Counted from the first letter of the stretch, positions 49,901-61,982 are shown. The stretch: 64,000 nucleotides of DNA from Azolla caroliniana (GCA_043228905.1 JBHGNT010000016.1:17856001-17920000); one strand, 5' to 3'. Notes: generated by a model from the sequence alone, not told the origin. Translations and numbers: made by a program.

Positions 49901-50681
49901 CACTCTTGTATCTCATACATCCCAACAGCTTTTGTGTAAGGCTCCATGATTTTGATCGATGAGAAATGATTTTACATGTATTTCTTCATCATTTATCACT
50001 ATGTTGTTATGCCAATATCCCCAAAACAATAGTGACAAACCAAAATAATGTGGAGTAGAGAGCTCACATTCTTGACTAGATGAGGGTTGCAAGGTTGAAA
50101 CAAGAAATTTGCTCAAGGTTTGTTGATTTGAAGGTAAAGCTTCTTGTTTTCATGGACAACCCAAAAATCCACTCATTATTGGTGTACCAGCATGTCGAAC
50201 CATCTCCATTGCCTTTAGATGGGTCTTGGATTGTATGTGTTGAAACAAAATTGTTGACAAATCACTCCGTGGACGGCATAATGGCAACCAAGATCCATCA
50301 ATCTTGCATTTTACCTTCACCATTGCCTTATCTTTATATCCATGAAGTGTTGCCGCTATTAAATCAAATTCTGCATCTATAAAAAACATTCTTCACATAT
50401 ATTAGCATATTATTCATAACTACAATATTAAGGTTTAAAGTACAAACATGCTTGCCACTTGTAGTGTCATTAAAAGTCTTCAGAACTTCCAACGAAGACT
50501 TGATATAGGCCTCGTCATCTATTTTAGATAAGATTATTGATTCATCTTGTTGGCTTAACCCCCTTTGAGCATAATATCGTTTTTCATGACTTTGGCTCTT
50601 AATATGACTTCTAAAAAAATTATTAAGACACACATTCACTACTTTTGCTTCCGTATGTAATATGTATGTATGTGTGTACAT
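46971..50681 (-). pseudogene. P-element-superfamily-like DDE transposase gene, degenerate, with N-terminal C2H2-like fingers
   Basis: Motifs in P-element order: IAEDETVIKRNVKWDSSND (D1), HASDGD (D2), QDFIHNGKK (DxxH), DRQNWARAQRI, LTGFDGAEIFFSKIGG (E). In-frame TAG at 49255, a 4-bp insertion near 48275, and a frame-restoring intron at 50377-50455. Confidence 0.7.
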
Positions 50682-51394
50682 ATTGTATTGTATGTATATG
50701 TTATATGTGTATGTATGTAAGTGTATATATGTGTGTATGTATGTACATATTGTATTGTAATGTATTAATTTCGTTTATTGTATGTATTGTATGTATGGCT
50801 TGTGTGTATGATTGTATATGTTATGTGTGTGGGTGTATGTGTGTATGTATGTGTGTAAGTGTATATAGGTATGTGTGTATGTATGTACATATTGTATTGT
50901 AATGTATGTATGTGTGTGTGTGTGTGTGTGTCTAAGAATTTATGTGTTGGTTTATGTATGTGTGCATTATGTATGTATGATGTTTGTACTTATGTGTACC
51001 TGTAAAATATTTGTAGAGTAGTTGTGGCAGCCCCAACAGAGAATAATGGTGAGCAAAAGCGGCACAAGGCGAGTGGTGGCGGCGATGGCCAAACGAGAAT
51101 GGAGGCGGCAAAACGAGATCAAAGGCAGCAAAACGAGGACAGAAACAACAAGGGGAGAAGAGGCAACAGCGGCAATGAGGAGAGAAGAGGAGGGAGCAAA
51201 GGAGGAGGCGGCAAAAATCTAAATTAAAAAAAGATGAATGTTTGAATGCTATGTTTAGTATGAATGTATGTTATGTATGTATGTGCACATAATGTATGCA
51301 TGTATGTATATTTGTATGTGTGTGTGGATATTTGTTTGTAATATGTATGTATGTGTATGTATAATATACATACATACATACATACATACATACA

Positions 51395-51442
<48 letters not shown>

Positions 51443-52000
51443 CGTCATATATGTATGTGTGTATATATCTAATATATGTATGTATGTACGTATGTGTATG
51501 TAAATGTAGCAATGTATAAAAGACTATATGTATGTCCATGTACGAATGTACATACGTGTATGCATATATGTATATACAAATGTACATGATTCAATGTGTA
51601 TTGATGTGTGATTGTAATATGTGCATAATATCTATGTGTATATCTGATGTATATATGTGTATCAATGTGTATCAATGTATAAATGAATATATGTATGTCC
51701 ATGTACGAATGTACATATGTGTATGCATATATTCATATGTAATGTATGTAGTGTATGCATATATCCATATGTAATGTATGTTGTGTATGCATATATCCAT
51801 ATGTAATGTATGTATGTATGTATCTGTATGCATATATCCATATGACAATGTACATGATTCTAATGTATGTATATGTAGCAATATATAAATGAATATAGGT
51901 ATTTCCATGTACGAATGTACATATGTGTATGCATATGTAATGTATGTATGTGTATGCATATATATGACAATGTACATGATTCAATGTATATGAATGTGAA
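50650..52000. repeat. Complex (TATG)-rich block interrupted by a GC/purine-rich segment (51015-51222)
   Basis: Low-complexity TATG/TGTA sequence sharing longer phrases with 38740-39140 and 53370-54285. Confidence 0.8.
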
Positions 52001-52002
52001 AT

Positions 52003-53366
52003 GACAGAAGGTTCAGCGAAAACAGTTCGGACTTGGAAAGAGTTTTTATCGCATTCATTGAAAGAGCAAACATAAATCCTACGTAGTATGCATGGCGGCC
52101 AAATAATGTTTCAACAAATTCAGGAAGCAATGAGTAGAATTCCCATACCACCCAATAATATTAATCATAGATGGGTTGGGGTTTTTCAAGATTGGAAGTA
52201 CTCTTGGCTATGAAGGGGTATTCAGATGATAACACATACCGGTTTTTTGAGGTGGATGAAACAAACCAATTATCTCAGTCCCCGGAAATGGTAATAGATT
52301 ACCCCTACGCTATTGAGCACAAGATAAGGGCCATTGGATATGATGACCGTAAATGGTATATTGATCCGATGATAGAGGAAATAAGGCCACATTGGAAGTT
52401 GTCGATGTTAGCTAAAAAACCGATATTCAGATTAGATTGGGACCCAATTGATTATTAGTGGACAGATCCTTACACAGGTAACAAGTTCAATTTCTTCCAA
52501 TATTCTGTACATTTGGGAAGGCATGTACTTTCAGATACACGTGATGTGCTGCCAGTTGCATCTCAATATTGGAATCAACAAGGTATTACTACCTAGTTCC
52601 TTGCAAAATTCTGGGTTATTTTATGGGCAAGAAAACAACCACAAAAAATATTGCATGTACAATGGTTAGTTGTACATCAGGCCTTGCCGGTAGGCACATG
52701 GTTGCATAGAATGGGAGTATCTTCTGATTGTATTCGATGTCAATTTCAAATGGAAACTCAAAAACATTGTTTATGGGAATGTATTGAGTCTCAACAGATA
52801 TGGCAACGACTCCTTAGAATTTTTGCTAATTATTTTCCCCCATTGGTTTTCACTTGGGGCATGGTGGTTTGGACATCACTTGTTCGTGATGTGTTCCATT
52901 ATGACAATGAATCTATGGACCATGGTTTTTTCACTAAATATGGAAGTGTTCATACATTACCGCTGTTATCATTACAGTTTTCAGGAGGAAGGAAGGAAGT
53001 CCAACCGTATGGGAGATACTGAGTAGTACTGTAGTATATCACATTTGGAAGGCACAGTGTTCTCTCGTTTTCCAGCAAATTAAAACACCACTAGCTGAAG
53101 TGGTTTCAAGCATTTGGTTAGACATAGTTCATACTTTGAAAGGTCAATGGGATGGTATAGTTGGAGATTCTGATGCTAAAATTTCTCAATGGAGTCAGTT
53201 TCTTAGTATCTAGACAACTACTCCATTCTTGACATCCAATTACGGCACTCCTTATTGGCATTTTCAGCAACCGAAATGGTTGTTTCACCCGCCAATCACA
53301 TAAAGGTTCCAAATATTGTAAATTGTTTATACTAATGATAGGATATATTTACTTCTTCTTTTTTTA
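52003..53366 (+). mobile_element. L1 LINE 3' part (degenerate)
   Basis: WLVVHQALPVGTWL...CIRC...ETQKHCLWEC (zf-RVT); HIWK...C-type C-terminus in another frame. Confidence 0.8.
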
Positions 53367-53369
53367 AAT

Positions 53370-54285
53370 GTATATGAATCTGTGATGGTAATATATGCAT
53401 ATGCAATGTATGTATGTACACGTATGAATGTACATATGTGTATATATGTAATATGTAATGTATGTATGTTTGTATGTGTAACAATGTATGCATATATGCA
53501 TACATGAGTGTGTGGATGTTTGTTCATAATATTTATGTATGTGTATGTATATATGTATGTATTGTAGTTTGTGATGATATGTATGTACATATGTAATGTA
53601 TGTATGTGTATGTAACATATTTATGTGTATGCATGTATGTAATGTATGTATATATGTGTATGGATGTATGTTTGTAAAACTTATAACATTGTAGGCATAT
53701 GTAGTATATATATGGTGATATGTGGAATATGTATGTATGTATGTGTATGCATATATGTATATGTCAATATACATGATTCAATGAGTATGAATGTGTTTGT
53801 ACTATGTGCATAATATGTATGTATATATCCAATGTATGTGTGTGTATGGTCATATGTATGTAAATGTATGAATGTATGTACGTGTATATATGTAATGTAT
53901 TTATGTATGTATATTTTTGGGATATTTTCATGTTTAGTACATATGTATATGGCTTGTATATGGATGTATGTTTGTAATATGTACGTAATATACATGTATA
54001 TATCCAATGTATGTGTAAGTATACATATATCTAATGTGTGTGTGTGTGTGTGCATGTGTATATATGTAAGTATTATGGTTTGTATGGTCCAATATAATCT
54101 ATATATATGGTGATATGTGGAATATGTATGTACATATGTAATATATCTATGTATGTATCTACATATATATGTATATATGTAATTTATGTATGTGTAAATT
54201 TGTATATTGTGTAATAGGTATGGATTATATGCTATGTAATATCTAATTTATTTATGTGTGTGTGCATGTGTGTATATATATAACT
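53370..54285. repeat. Complex (TATG)-rich block
   Basis: Same repeat family as the two blocks above. Confidence 0.8.
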
Positions 54286-54605
54286 TGTTTGTAAGTATTA
54301 AACCAATGGCACAAAATGAGAGAGAACACTCTTTGTATTCAATAGAAATAAAAAAAGGTAAGTGCGAATTACTAACTAATGACTTGGTCCTTCCCCATTG
54401 GGAACCCCCCCCCTTTCAAAATCACAACTACTTCTTTAAATAGAAACTTATTGGGAGCCCAAACGTTCATGAGATGAAACGTTTGTGCTTCCAAGATTTA
54501 TTTAAATATTCTACTATTTTCTTTTATGTAATTGTAACGGTTGTAACACTCTCCCGCTAGTCGAGAGAGTTTCGACCTCGAAACTATTGCATAAAGGTTC
54601 CTAGG

Positions 54606-56737
54606 TCAGGGCTCTGGTTGTTGTAGAGGCTCAAGTAGCCATTCAAACCCTGCTTGTAGCAACGCTTCTTCAGTTACCCACGATGCTTCGGATAATGGTT
54701 TCCCTCGCCACTTGATGAAGTAGCGTCTTCTCCCTCTACGAACCTGTGTCTTCAAAAGTGCTTCAGGTTCACATCTAATAGTTGCCTCGCGCCCCTATGT
54801 TTCATCTGGGTGGAAACGTTTTAGCAGGCTAACATGAAAAACATCATGTATCTTGGAAGCCTCCGGAAGTTGTAATTTGTAGGATACATTATTGAGTTGT
54901 TTGACCACCTTGTATGGTCCATAGAACCTATGGTTAAACTTGGGCGTGAGGCCCTGAAGTAACGGCCAACTAGCCGAATTGACAAGTACTAAATCCCCTG
55001 GGTAAAACTCCACGTGTTCCCGTTTCTTATTGACACGATTGATCATCTGTGACTTTGTTTTTATGAGATGCTCTTGTGCTGCTTGCATCCGGTCCTTCCA
55101 CTCCTCCAAAAAACGAGACACATCCAATTCCTCTACTTGTGTCTTCTTATTTGTATGCAATAAAGCAATCGGTGTGAGGACTTCTTTACCTGTGGCGAGC
55201 TCGAATGGAGAGAATCCCGTTGATGAATGGATTGCAGCATTGTAACAAAATTCGAGCATGTCGATGTGTTCCACCCAGTCCGTCTGATCCGCTTTGACAT
55301 AACATCGAATGTAGTCCTCGATGCCTTGATTGAGTCGCTCAGTTTGCCCGTCTGTTTGCGGATGTGCGGATGATGACATACGGAGCTGTGTGCCTAGAAT
55401 CCGAAACAATTCTTGCCAAAATCCACTAGTGAACCTTGGATCCCTATCTGATACTATGATTTCTGGCAACCCGTGATACTTAAAAACATGTTTAAAAAAC
55501 AAGTGTGCTACATGTTGCGCTGTTAGAGGTGGCTTTGCCGGCACGAAGTGAGCTTGTTTAGAAAAAAAATCCACAATGACCATAAGGATGCAAAACCCCT
55601 TGGATGAGGGTAAATCAATTATAAAATCCATGCTTATTACATCCCATGGACGGGATGGTACCGGCATCTGTTGCAGTAGTCCGAGCGCTTTTCCTCGCCT
55701 AGCTTTCACGGCTTGACATACCTGGCATGAACGTATATAGTCAATGATCTCATGTTCCATTCTTGGCCACACGAAGAACTTTTTAACAGCTTTTAATGTG
55801 CGCTTTTGTCCCCCATGCCCGGCCATGTGGCAATCATGTAATTCCCTTAGTATCTTTGCCTTTAGTGATATATTATTCGGGATTACTATTTTATCATCAC
55901 TCCACAATAAGCCGTCCTGCAACTTGTACATTCCATGAGTTATGCTCCCATTCATGACTTTGGTTACTAATTCGCGCATCTCTGCATCCTCTGTTTGTGC
56001 TTGTCGTACTTCATCTATCCATCCTTGAGCCGAGATGACAGAAATATGGAGGATGCGTGGCAATCGACTTAATGCATCAGGTAATGTATGCAACTTGCCT
56101 TTTTTATGTACAATCTCCAAATCAAATTCTGCTAACATATCTTGCCATCTCATTTGTTTTGCTGAAAGTCGTGGTTGTGTCAGAAAATATTGCAAGGAGA
56201 TGTTGTCGGACACTACTCGTGTAAATTTATCTTGTACGTAGTGCCGCCACTTCCGAAGTGCATAAACTATTGCCAACATTTCCTTCTCGTGTGTGGGCCA
56301 CCGACTTTCTATCGCTAAAAACTTTTTTGACTCATAGGCAATCGGATGACCATCCTGCATAAGCACAGCCCCATAAGCAAAATCAGAAGCATCAGTGTGA
56401 ATTTCAAATGGTTTTGAAAAGTCCGGGAGTTGAAGAACCGGTTGCACACACACTGCCTTCTTCAATTGATCGAAGGCATGTTGTTCACGTTCAGACCAAC
56501 AGAATGTTTGTGAGCCTTTGATGAGATTCGTCAGTGGGGTTGCGATTTGACTGAAGTTTTTAATAAATCTTCTCACATACTGGACGAAGCCTATGAATTG
56601 CTGCACTTCGAGGACTTTGGTGGGTCGTGGCCAATCTTGAACTACTTTTACCTTGGCCGGATCCATCTTGAGCCCTTCTCTTCCTATTCGAAATCCTAAG
56701 AATTCAAGCTCCTCCATAGCGAACTCACACTTCTCAG
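54606..56737 (-). CDS. Gypsy RT end, RNase H, integrase and chromodomain (in-frame TAG at 54795-54797 before the chromodomain)
   Basis: KCEF...EFLG; HTDASD; ISMDFI; SDRDPRF; GQTER. The frame continues after the TAG into the chromodomain and ends at TGA 54606. Confidence 0.85.
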
Positions 56738-59700
56738 TGTTGTAATAAACTAATTAGTGTAAATAAGTAAATAAGAAAGTAAATACAAAACGTAACCTTA
56801 TGATATGAAAAGGTGCACCCCAAAAATAGGGTGCACCTATAACCACCACATTCTCTCTCTGTGGTCGGTTGGTTGGTTGTAGAGAGAGAGACAAACACAC
56901 ATTATCATAAAAACATTCTTTCTCCCTCTCTTTCTCTCTCTCCCTTTCTCCCTCTCTTTCTATTTCTCGTTTACCATATGGTATCAGAGCGGTGAAGGAG
57001 TCCAACCCCACCAAGATTTGTGTCGCGGTGTTAATAACGAACGTGCGAATTAAAGAAACGACTTTCGACCATGTCAAACGGTGGAGTGATAGCAAATGTG
57101 GCGGCAAATGCCGCCCAGGTATCGTCTCGCACTTATCATATTGAAAAATTGAATGATAAAAATTATCAACCATGGCGTATGACCATGGAAATTATATTAG
57201 AACAACATGACTTGTTAAAAATCGTCGATGGAACCGACGTGTGCCCCGACACCGACATCAATGTCCCCCCCACAAATGCACTTGGTGTGCAAACATGGAA
57301 GCGGCGTGATTTAAATGCTCGCTTAGAACTTCTCCTTCATATGGAGGACACACTTAAGCAAAGTGTGAGAACCTTGACTACCTCCAAACAAATATGGGAT
57401 AGATTAGAGGCTGATTACCTCCATACGGACGTTACGTCCCAAGTTGCAAATTTAAAGACATTAATAAATATGAATATGAATGAAAATGATGATGTTGATA
57501 CATTCGTTAAAAATTGGAGACTTCGACTTGATGATGTAATCCTTTCAGGACTTAGTTTGCCAAGTTCCGTTCAATCTGCCCTCTTGTTAGCCGCCCTACC
57601 CCCATCATGGCAACCATTTATAAGTACAAAATCCACATCCGCCAACATTAGTGTCCCAACATTAGTTGCATCAATCTCACAAGAAAACATACTTCGTAGG
57701 GCAATAAATCAACCCTCCTCATCTCACACCGCACTTTATATCAAACATCCAAATTACAATAAAAAACCTTACAATAAACCTAAATCAACATACCAACCTA
57801 ATAACTCCAAATTTTATTCACGAACCTCTAAATTTAACGATTCAAGGAATCATAACAAATCTAGGTTCCTTAGATCCTTTTGTAAAAATTGTCAAAGGAG
57901 CGGACATGAAACGAAAGATTGTTATAGGAATTCTAACAACGGGAAAAGAACATATAAAGAAGACCAATCTTATAATGCATCTCATGATGACTACGATCCA
58001 AATAATCACATATGTGATAATGACCAAAATTCCGATGAAGATAATGAAGATTCTTTCATTGCCTTCATGGCCCTCACTTCATTTAACAATTCTCCCACTT
58101 CAACGTGGATTCTTGATACAGGTGCCACATGTCATCTCACCTCAAGAGTTGAATGGCTCAAAGACTATAAGGCCTTAGAACATCCTTTCCCGGTTAGATT
58201 TGGGAACAATGGGGTTGAATATGCCCTTGGACATGGGACTGCTCATCTTGAACTTTCTGATGGGAACTTCATTGAAATCAATGAAGTTTACTATATACCT
58301 AACATAGCCAAAAACTTGATATCTGTCAATAAACTCACGAATGATAATACATCCGTCGAGTTTTATCACAAATATTGTATCATTCGTCATAAGACACCCT
58401 CTGGACGAGGCTATGTCGTCAATTGTCCAAGACAAGGATGTCTTTACCTTCTAGGCCGCTCTGTGGTACCTGCTGAAGAAGCACACCACATAGATGATTC
58501 AAACACATCAAACTATATGACCTTATTATGGCACTATCGATTAGGTCACTTAAACCATCAAACAATGGTTCACATGGCCCGACAACATATAGCAATTGGC
58601 TTTACTCTTCCTCGTAAATCGAAATTATCCCTTTGCGAAGGGTGTATATTTGGAAAACTTTCTAACTCGCCATTTCCATCCCATCCTACAACGACCACCA
58701 AACCCCTCCAACTAGTACATACGGATATATGTGGTCCTTTGTCTACCCCATCCCTATCTGGAAATGTATATTTCCTAACATTTATCGATGACTTTACTCG
58801 GTTCACGATGGTCACGTTTCTCAAGACAAAATGTAGTGATCAAGTCCTTGAGAAATTTAAAGCCTACCACAAACTTGTAACAAATCAACAAGATTTACCC
58901 CTTAAAGTACTACAATCAGACAATGGTGGAGAATTCAAGTCCCAAAACTTCCAAACTTATTGCCAAAACCATGGGATTCAACAACGGTTTACCATCCCAT
59001 ATACACCCCAACACAATTCAAGGGCTGAACGGCGAAACCGGTTGTATATGGACGCCACTCGTAGCATGCTCGCCATTGCAAACCTTCCCCGAACATATTG
59101 GGAAGAGGCCGTTTCAACCGCTTGTTATATATTCAATAGAACATATAGTCGATCAATTAGGACAACTCCATTTTCCTTGTGGTTTGGAAAAAATCCAAAT
59201 TATGAAAATCTAAGAATCTTTGGATGTCCATCATATGCACTCGTACCCTTAGAAACTCGATCAAAATTAGATAATCACGCAGTTCGCACAATATTTGTTG
59301 GGTATGGCGAACCTCATGGCTATAAGGGTTATCGATTATATGACCCAAAATCCAAAAGATTTATATTTAGTCGACGAGTGATATTTGATGAAGATAAGCT
59401 AATATCTAATCCTCACCCACATCATGGCCATGAAAAGATACAAGATGAGACTACCATGTCTAACATTGAATCTAATAAAGAAATAATATCATCACCTACT
59501 AATTCTTGGCGGGCTCCACAAATGTCCTCGGAAATTCAACAAGTCACACTTGACCATATGCCAATTAACCCTCCTCCACTAATGCATTCATCTCTAGAGG
59601 TTCGCCCAGAAGTCCCAGTTTCAACCAATGACTCCAACTTATTGCCCCTAATAACCAAACAATCACAACAAACTGATGTACATACTCCAATTTTAAACAC

Positions 59701-61982
59701 TAACTCTACGCAAACTAAACAAAGGCTTAATAAACAATTTAGCACTCATAAGGAAAAGCCTTTAGATAGAACACAATTAACTCACATTGATTATTCAGGT
59801 TCCCATCCTATTCAAAATCTCTTGATCCCACTACGAAGATCCTCACGCCTTAATGGTAAGGGGAAAACCAATGGTCACAATGATGCAAAAGTAATTAAAA
59901 TAGGATGTAGAAATACCTCATATCCCACTAATAGTCAACATGTAGAAGATAAAAATTGTTGTGACAATGCGAAATCACCTAGTTCACTTAGCCCTACATC
60001 GACTCCAAAGAAAGTTCGTACTATTCAAGATCTTTATGATCACACACAAAAAATTGATGCCCTTGTTGCGGACCATCGATTTGAACCTGAGTTTGCCTTT
60101 TCGGCTCTTGGTTCCCCGACAACCACATCAGACGTCTCTGATGATCCCTTAACTATCAATGAGGCATTGCAAAGTCCAGATCGTGTAGAATGGCAAGCCG
60201 CCATGGCAAAAGAACTTGAATCTCTTGAGGCCAATAAAACATGGACTCTAGTACCACTCCCAATGGGACGCTCACCTATTTCATGCAAATGGGTGTTGAA
60301 GAAAAAACTAAACCCTGATGGTACTGTTGCACGTTACAAAGCTCGACTTGTAGCTCGTGGTTTTTCTCAAGTTGAAGGACTTGACTATTCTGAGACATTT
60401 TCACCCGTCCTCCGTATGGCATCTTTTCGGCTCCTAATGGCTCTAGCCACCATTCTTGATCTCGAAGTACATCATTTGGATGTACAAACGGCATTTCTAC
60501 ATGGTGATTTACCTGAGGAAATCTACATGTCCCAACCTCCTGGGTTTGAGTCACAATCTCAACCAAACTATGTGTGTCGATTACATCGATCACTTTATGG
60601 ACTCAAACAATCTCCTAGGTTATGGTTTCAAAAATTTAACAATTTTATGCTCTCACATGGCTATTCTAGATTGTTATCAGAACCAAATATATACATTAGA
60701 CATAATCATTCATCTAATCGGTTGTTAGTGGTAGCATTATATGTTGATGACATTCCTATAGTCGGAACACCATCTGAAATTACTCAAGCAAAGCTAGAGC
60801 TTTCCAAAGCATTTTCAATAACAGATTTAGGTCCCCTATCTTATTTCCTAGGCATGCAAGTTACGCGTAATCGTAGTATGGGCACCTTGATCATTCATCA
60901 AAATAAATTCATTAATGAAATTTTGAAATCCTTCGGAATGCTAAACATTAAACCTTGCACTACTCCCTTATCATTAACATGTAACTTAAGCATATCTGAT
61001 AGTCCAACCACAAAAAGAGATATTAATTTTATGCAACAATTTCCTTTTAAACAATTAATAGGAAAACTTCGATATTTAGTCACAGGGACTCGTCCTGACC
61101 TTTGTTTTGCAATTAACTATCTTTCACGCTTTATGCATAACCCTGGTCTTATGCATTGGAAATCACTTCAACGAGTTATGCGATATTTAAAACACACATC
61201 TAACTATGGATTAACATATAAACGATCCCAATCCGAAAGACCAATCAAATCACTTGTTGGTTGGTCTGATTCGGATTGGGGGGGGGACATTGATTCTCGT
61301 AGATCTACTGTTGGTTTTTCTTTTATAATGGCAGGAGCAGCAGTGACGTGGCAATCGAAAAAACAAGAATCTGTGACACTCTCATCTGCTGAAGCTGAGT
61401 TCGTAGCAGTGGCATTGGCTGCTAAAGAAGGATTATGGTTGCAAACAGTGATAAAAGAACTCCAACTATGTGGACCACTCCAATTGAAAATCTTCTGCGA
61501 CAATATATCATGCATCTACTTAACGAAGAATCCAAAGCACTCAGAGAAAACAAAACATGTGGATTTAAAATATCACTTTATACGAGAGTTAGCCGAAGAA
61601 AACAAGCTTACATTAGAGTTTACATCAACAAATCATATGTGGGCTGATTTTCTAACAAAGGCTCTCCCTCCGGACAAATTTGAAACTTGTTGTGAAAATT
61701 TAGGATTACAACGGTTCACAACTAATTAGTTTATGGGGGGGTGTTGTAATAAACTAATTAGTGTAAATAAGTAAATAAGAAAGTAAATACAAAACGTAAC
61801 CTTATGATATGAAAAGGTGCACCCCAAAAATAGGGTGCACCTATAACCACCACATTCTCTCTCTGTGGTCGGTTGGTTGGTTGTAGAGAGAGAGACAAAC
61901 ACACATTATCATAAAAACATTCTTTCTCCCTCTCTTTCTCTCTCTCCCTTTCTCCCTCTCTTTCTATTTCTCGTTTACCATA
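56738..61982 (+). mobile_element. Intact, very young Ty1/Copia LTR retrotransposon
   Basis: Identical 241-bp LTRs (56738-56978, 61742-61982); TSD CTCAG (56733-56737, 61983-61987); tRNA-iMet PBS TGGTATCAGAGC (56979-56990); G-rich PPT ending at 61741. Confidence 0.97.
57071..61729 (+). CDS. Copia gag-pol polyprotein, 1552 aa, uninterrupted
   Basis: CKNCQRSGHETKDC; WILDTGATCH; integrase HTDICGP, SDNGGEF, AERRNR; RT YKARLVARG, LYVDDI; RNase H SDSDW, AEAEF, CDN, ADFLTK. Confidence 0.97.
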   Translation: MSNGGVIANVAANAAQVSSRTYHIEKLNDKNYQPWRMTMEIILEQHDLLKIVDGTDVCPDTDINVPPTNALGVQTWKRRDLNARLELLLHMEDTLKQSVRTLTTSKQIWDRLEADYLHTDVTSQVANLKTLINMNMNENDDVDTFVKNWRLRLDDVILSGLSLPSSVQSALLLAALPPSWQPFISTKSTSANISVPTLVASISQENILRRAINQPSSSHTALYIKHPNYNKKPYNKPKSTYQPNNSKFYSRTSKFNDSRNHNKSRFLRSFCKNCQRSGHETKDCYRNSNNGKRTYKEDQSYNASHDDYDPNNHICDNDQNSDEDNEDSFIAFMALTSFNNSPTSTWILDTGATCHLTSRVEWLKDYKALEHPFPVRFGNNGVEYALGHGTAHLELSDGNFIEINEVYYIPNIAKNLISVNKLTNDNTSVEFYHKYCIIRHKTPSGRGYVVNCPRQGCLYLLGRSVVPAEEAHHIDDSNTSNYMTLLWHYRLGHLNHQTMVHMARQHIAIGFTLPRKSKLSLCEGCIFGKLSNSPFPSHPTTTTKPLQLVHTDICGPLSTPSLSGNVYFLTFIDDFTRFTMVTFLKTKCSDQVLEKFKAYHKLVTNQQDLPLKVLQSDNGGEFKSQNFQTYCQNHGIQQRFTIPYTPQHNSRAERRNRLYMDATRSMLAIANLPRTYWEEAVSTACYIFNRTYSRSIRTTPFSLWFGKNPNYENLRIFGCPSYALVPLETRSKLDNHAVRTIFVGYGEPHGYKGYRLYDPKSKRFIFSRRVIFDEDKLISNPHPHHGHEKIQDETTMSNIESNKEIISSPTNSWRAPQMSSEIQQVTLDHMPINPPPLMHSSLEVRPEVPVSTNDSNLLPLITKQSQQTDVHTPILNTNSTQTKQRLNKQFSTHKEKPLDRTQLTHIDYSGSHPIQNLLIPLRRSSRLNGKGKTNGHNDAKVIKIGCRNTSYPTNSQHVEDKNCCDNAKSPSSLSPTSTPKKVRTIQDLYDHTQKIDALVADHRFEPEFAFSALGSPTTTSDVSDDPLTINEALQSPDRVEWQAAMAKELESLEANKTWTLVPLPMGRSPISCKWVLKKKLNPDGTVARYKARLVARGFSQVEGLDYSETFSPVLRMASFRLLMALATILDLEVHHLDVQTAFLHGDLPEEIYMSQPPGFESQSQPNYVCRLHRSLYGLKQSPRLWFQKFNNFMLSHGYSRLLSEPNIYIRHNHSSNRLLVVALYVDDIPIVGTPSEITQAKLELSKAFSITDLGPLSYFLGMQVTRNRSMGTLIIHQNKFINEILKSFGMLNIKPCTTPLSLTCNLSISDSPTTKRDINFMQQFPFKQLIGKLRYLVTGTRPDLCFAINYLSRFMHNPGLMHWKSLQRVMRYLKHTSNYGLTYKRSQSERPIKSLVGWSDSDWGGDIDSRRSTVGFSFIMAGAAVTWQSKKQESVTLSSAEAEFVAVALAAKEGLWLQTVIKELQLCGPLQLKIFCDNISCIYLTKNPKHSEKTKHVDLKYHFIRELAEENKLTLEFTSTNHMWADFLTKALPPDKFETCCENLGLQRFTTN

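Noticed and set aside
39730-51224. Search for TIRs and a TSD delimiting the P-like transposase element
   Set aside because: No convincing inverted termini were found. The ends are probably lost or obscured by TATG blocks and the hAT insertion.
51015-51227. Short ORFs in a GC/purine-rich island
   Set aside because: No recognisable motif. It could be the pyrimidine-rich 5' region of the minus-strand P-like gene, but this cannot be supported from sequence alone.
61758-61982. C-terminal extension of the 742-aa ORF, and the 139-aa ORF at 56754-57173
   Set aside because: Both read through the antisense Copia LTR and give an identical peptide; they are not real coding sequence.
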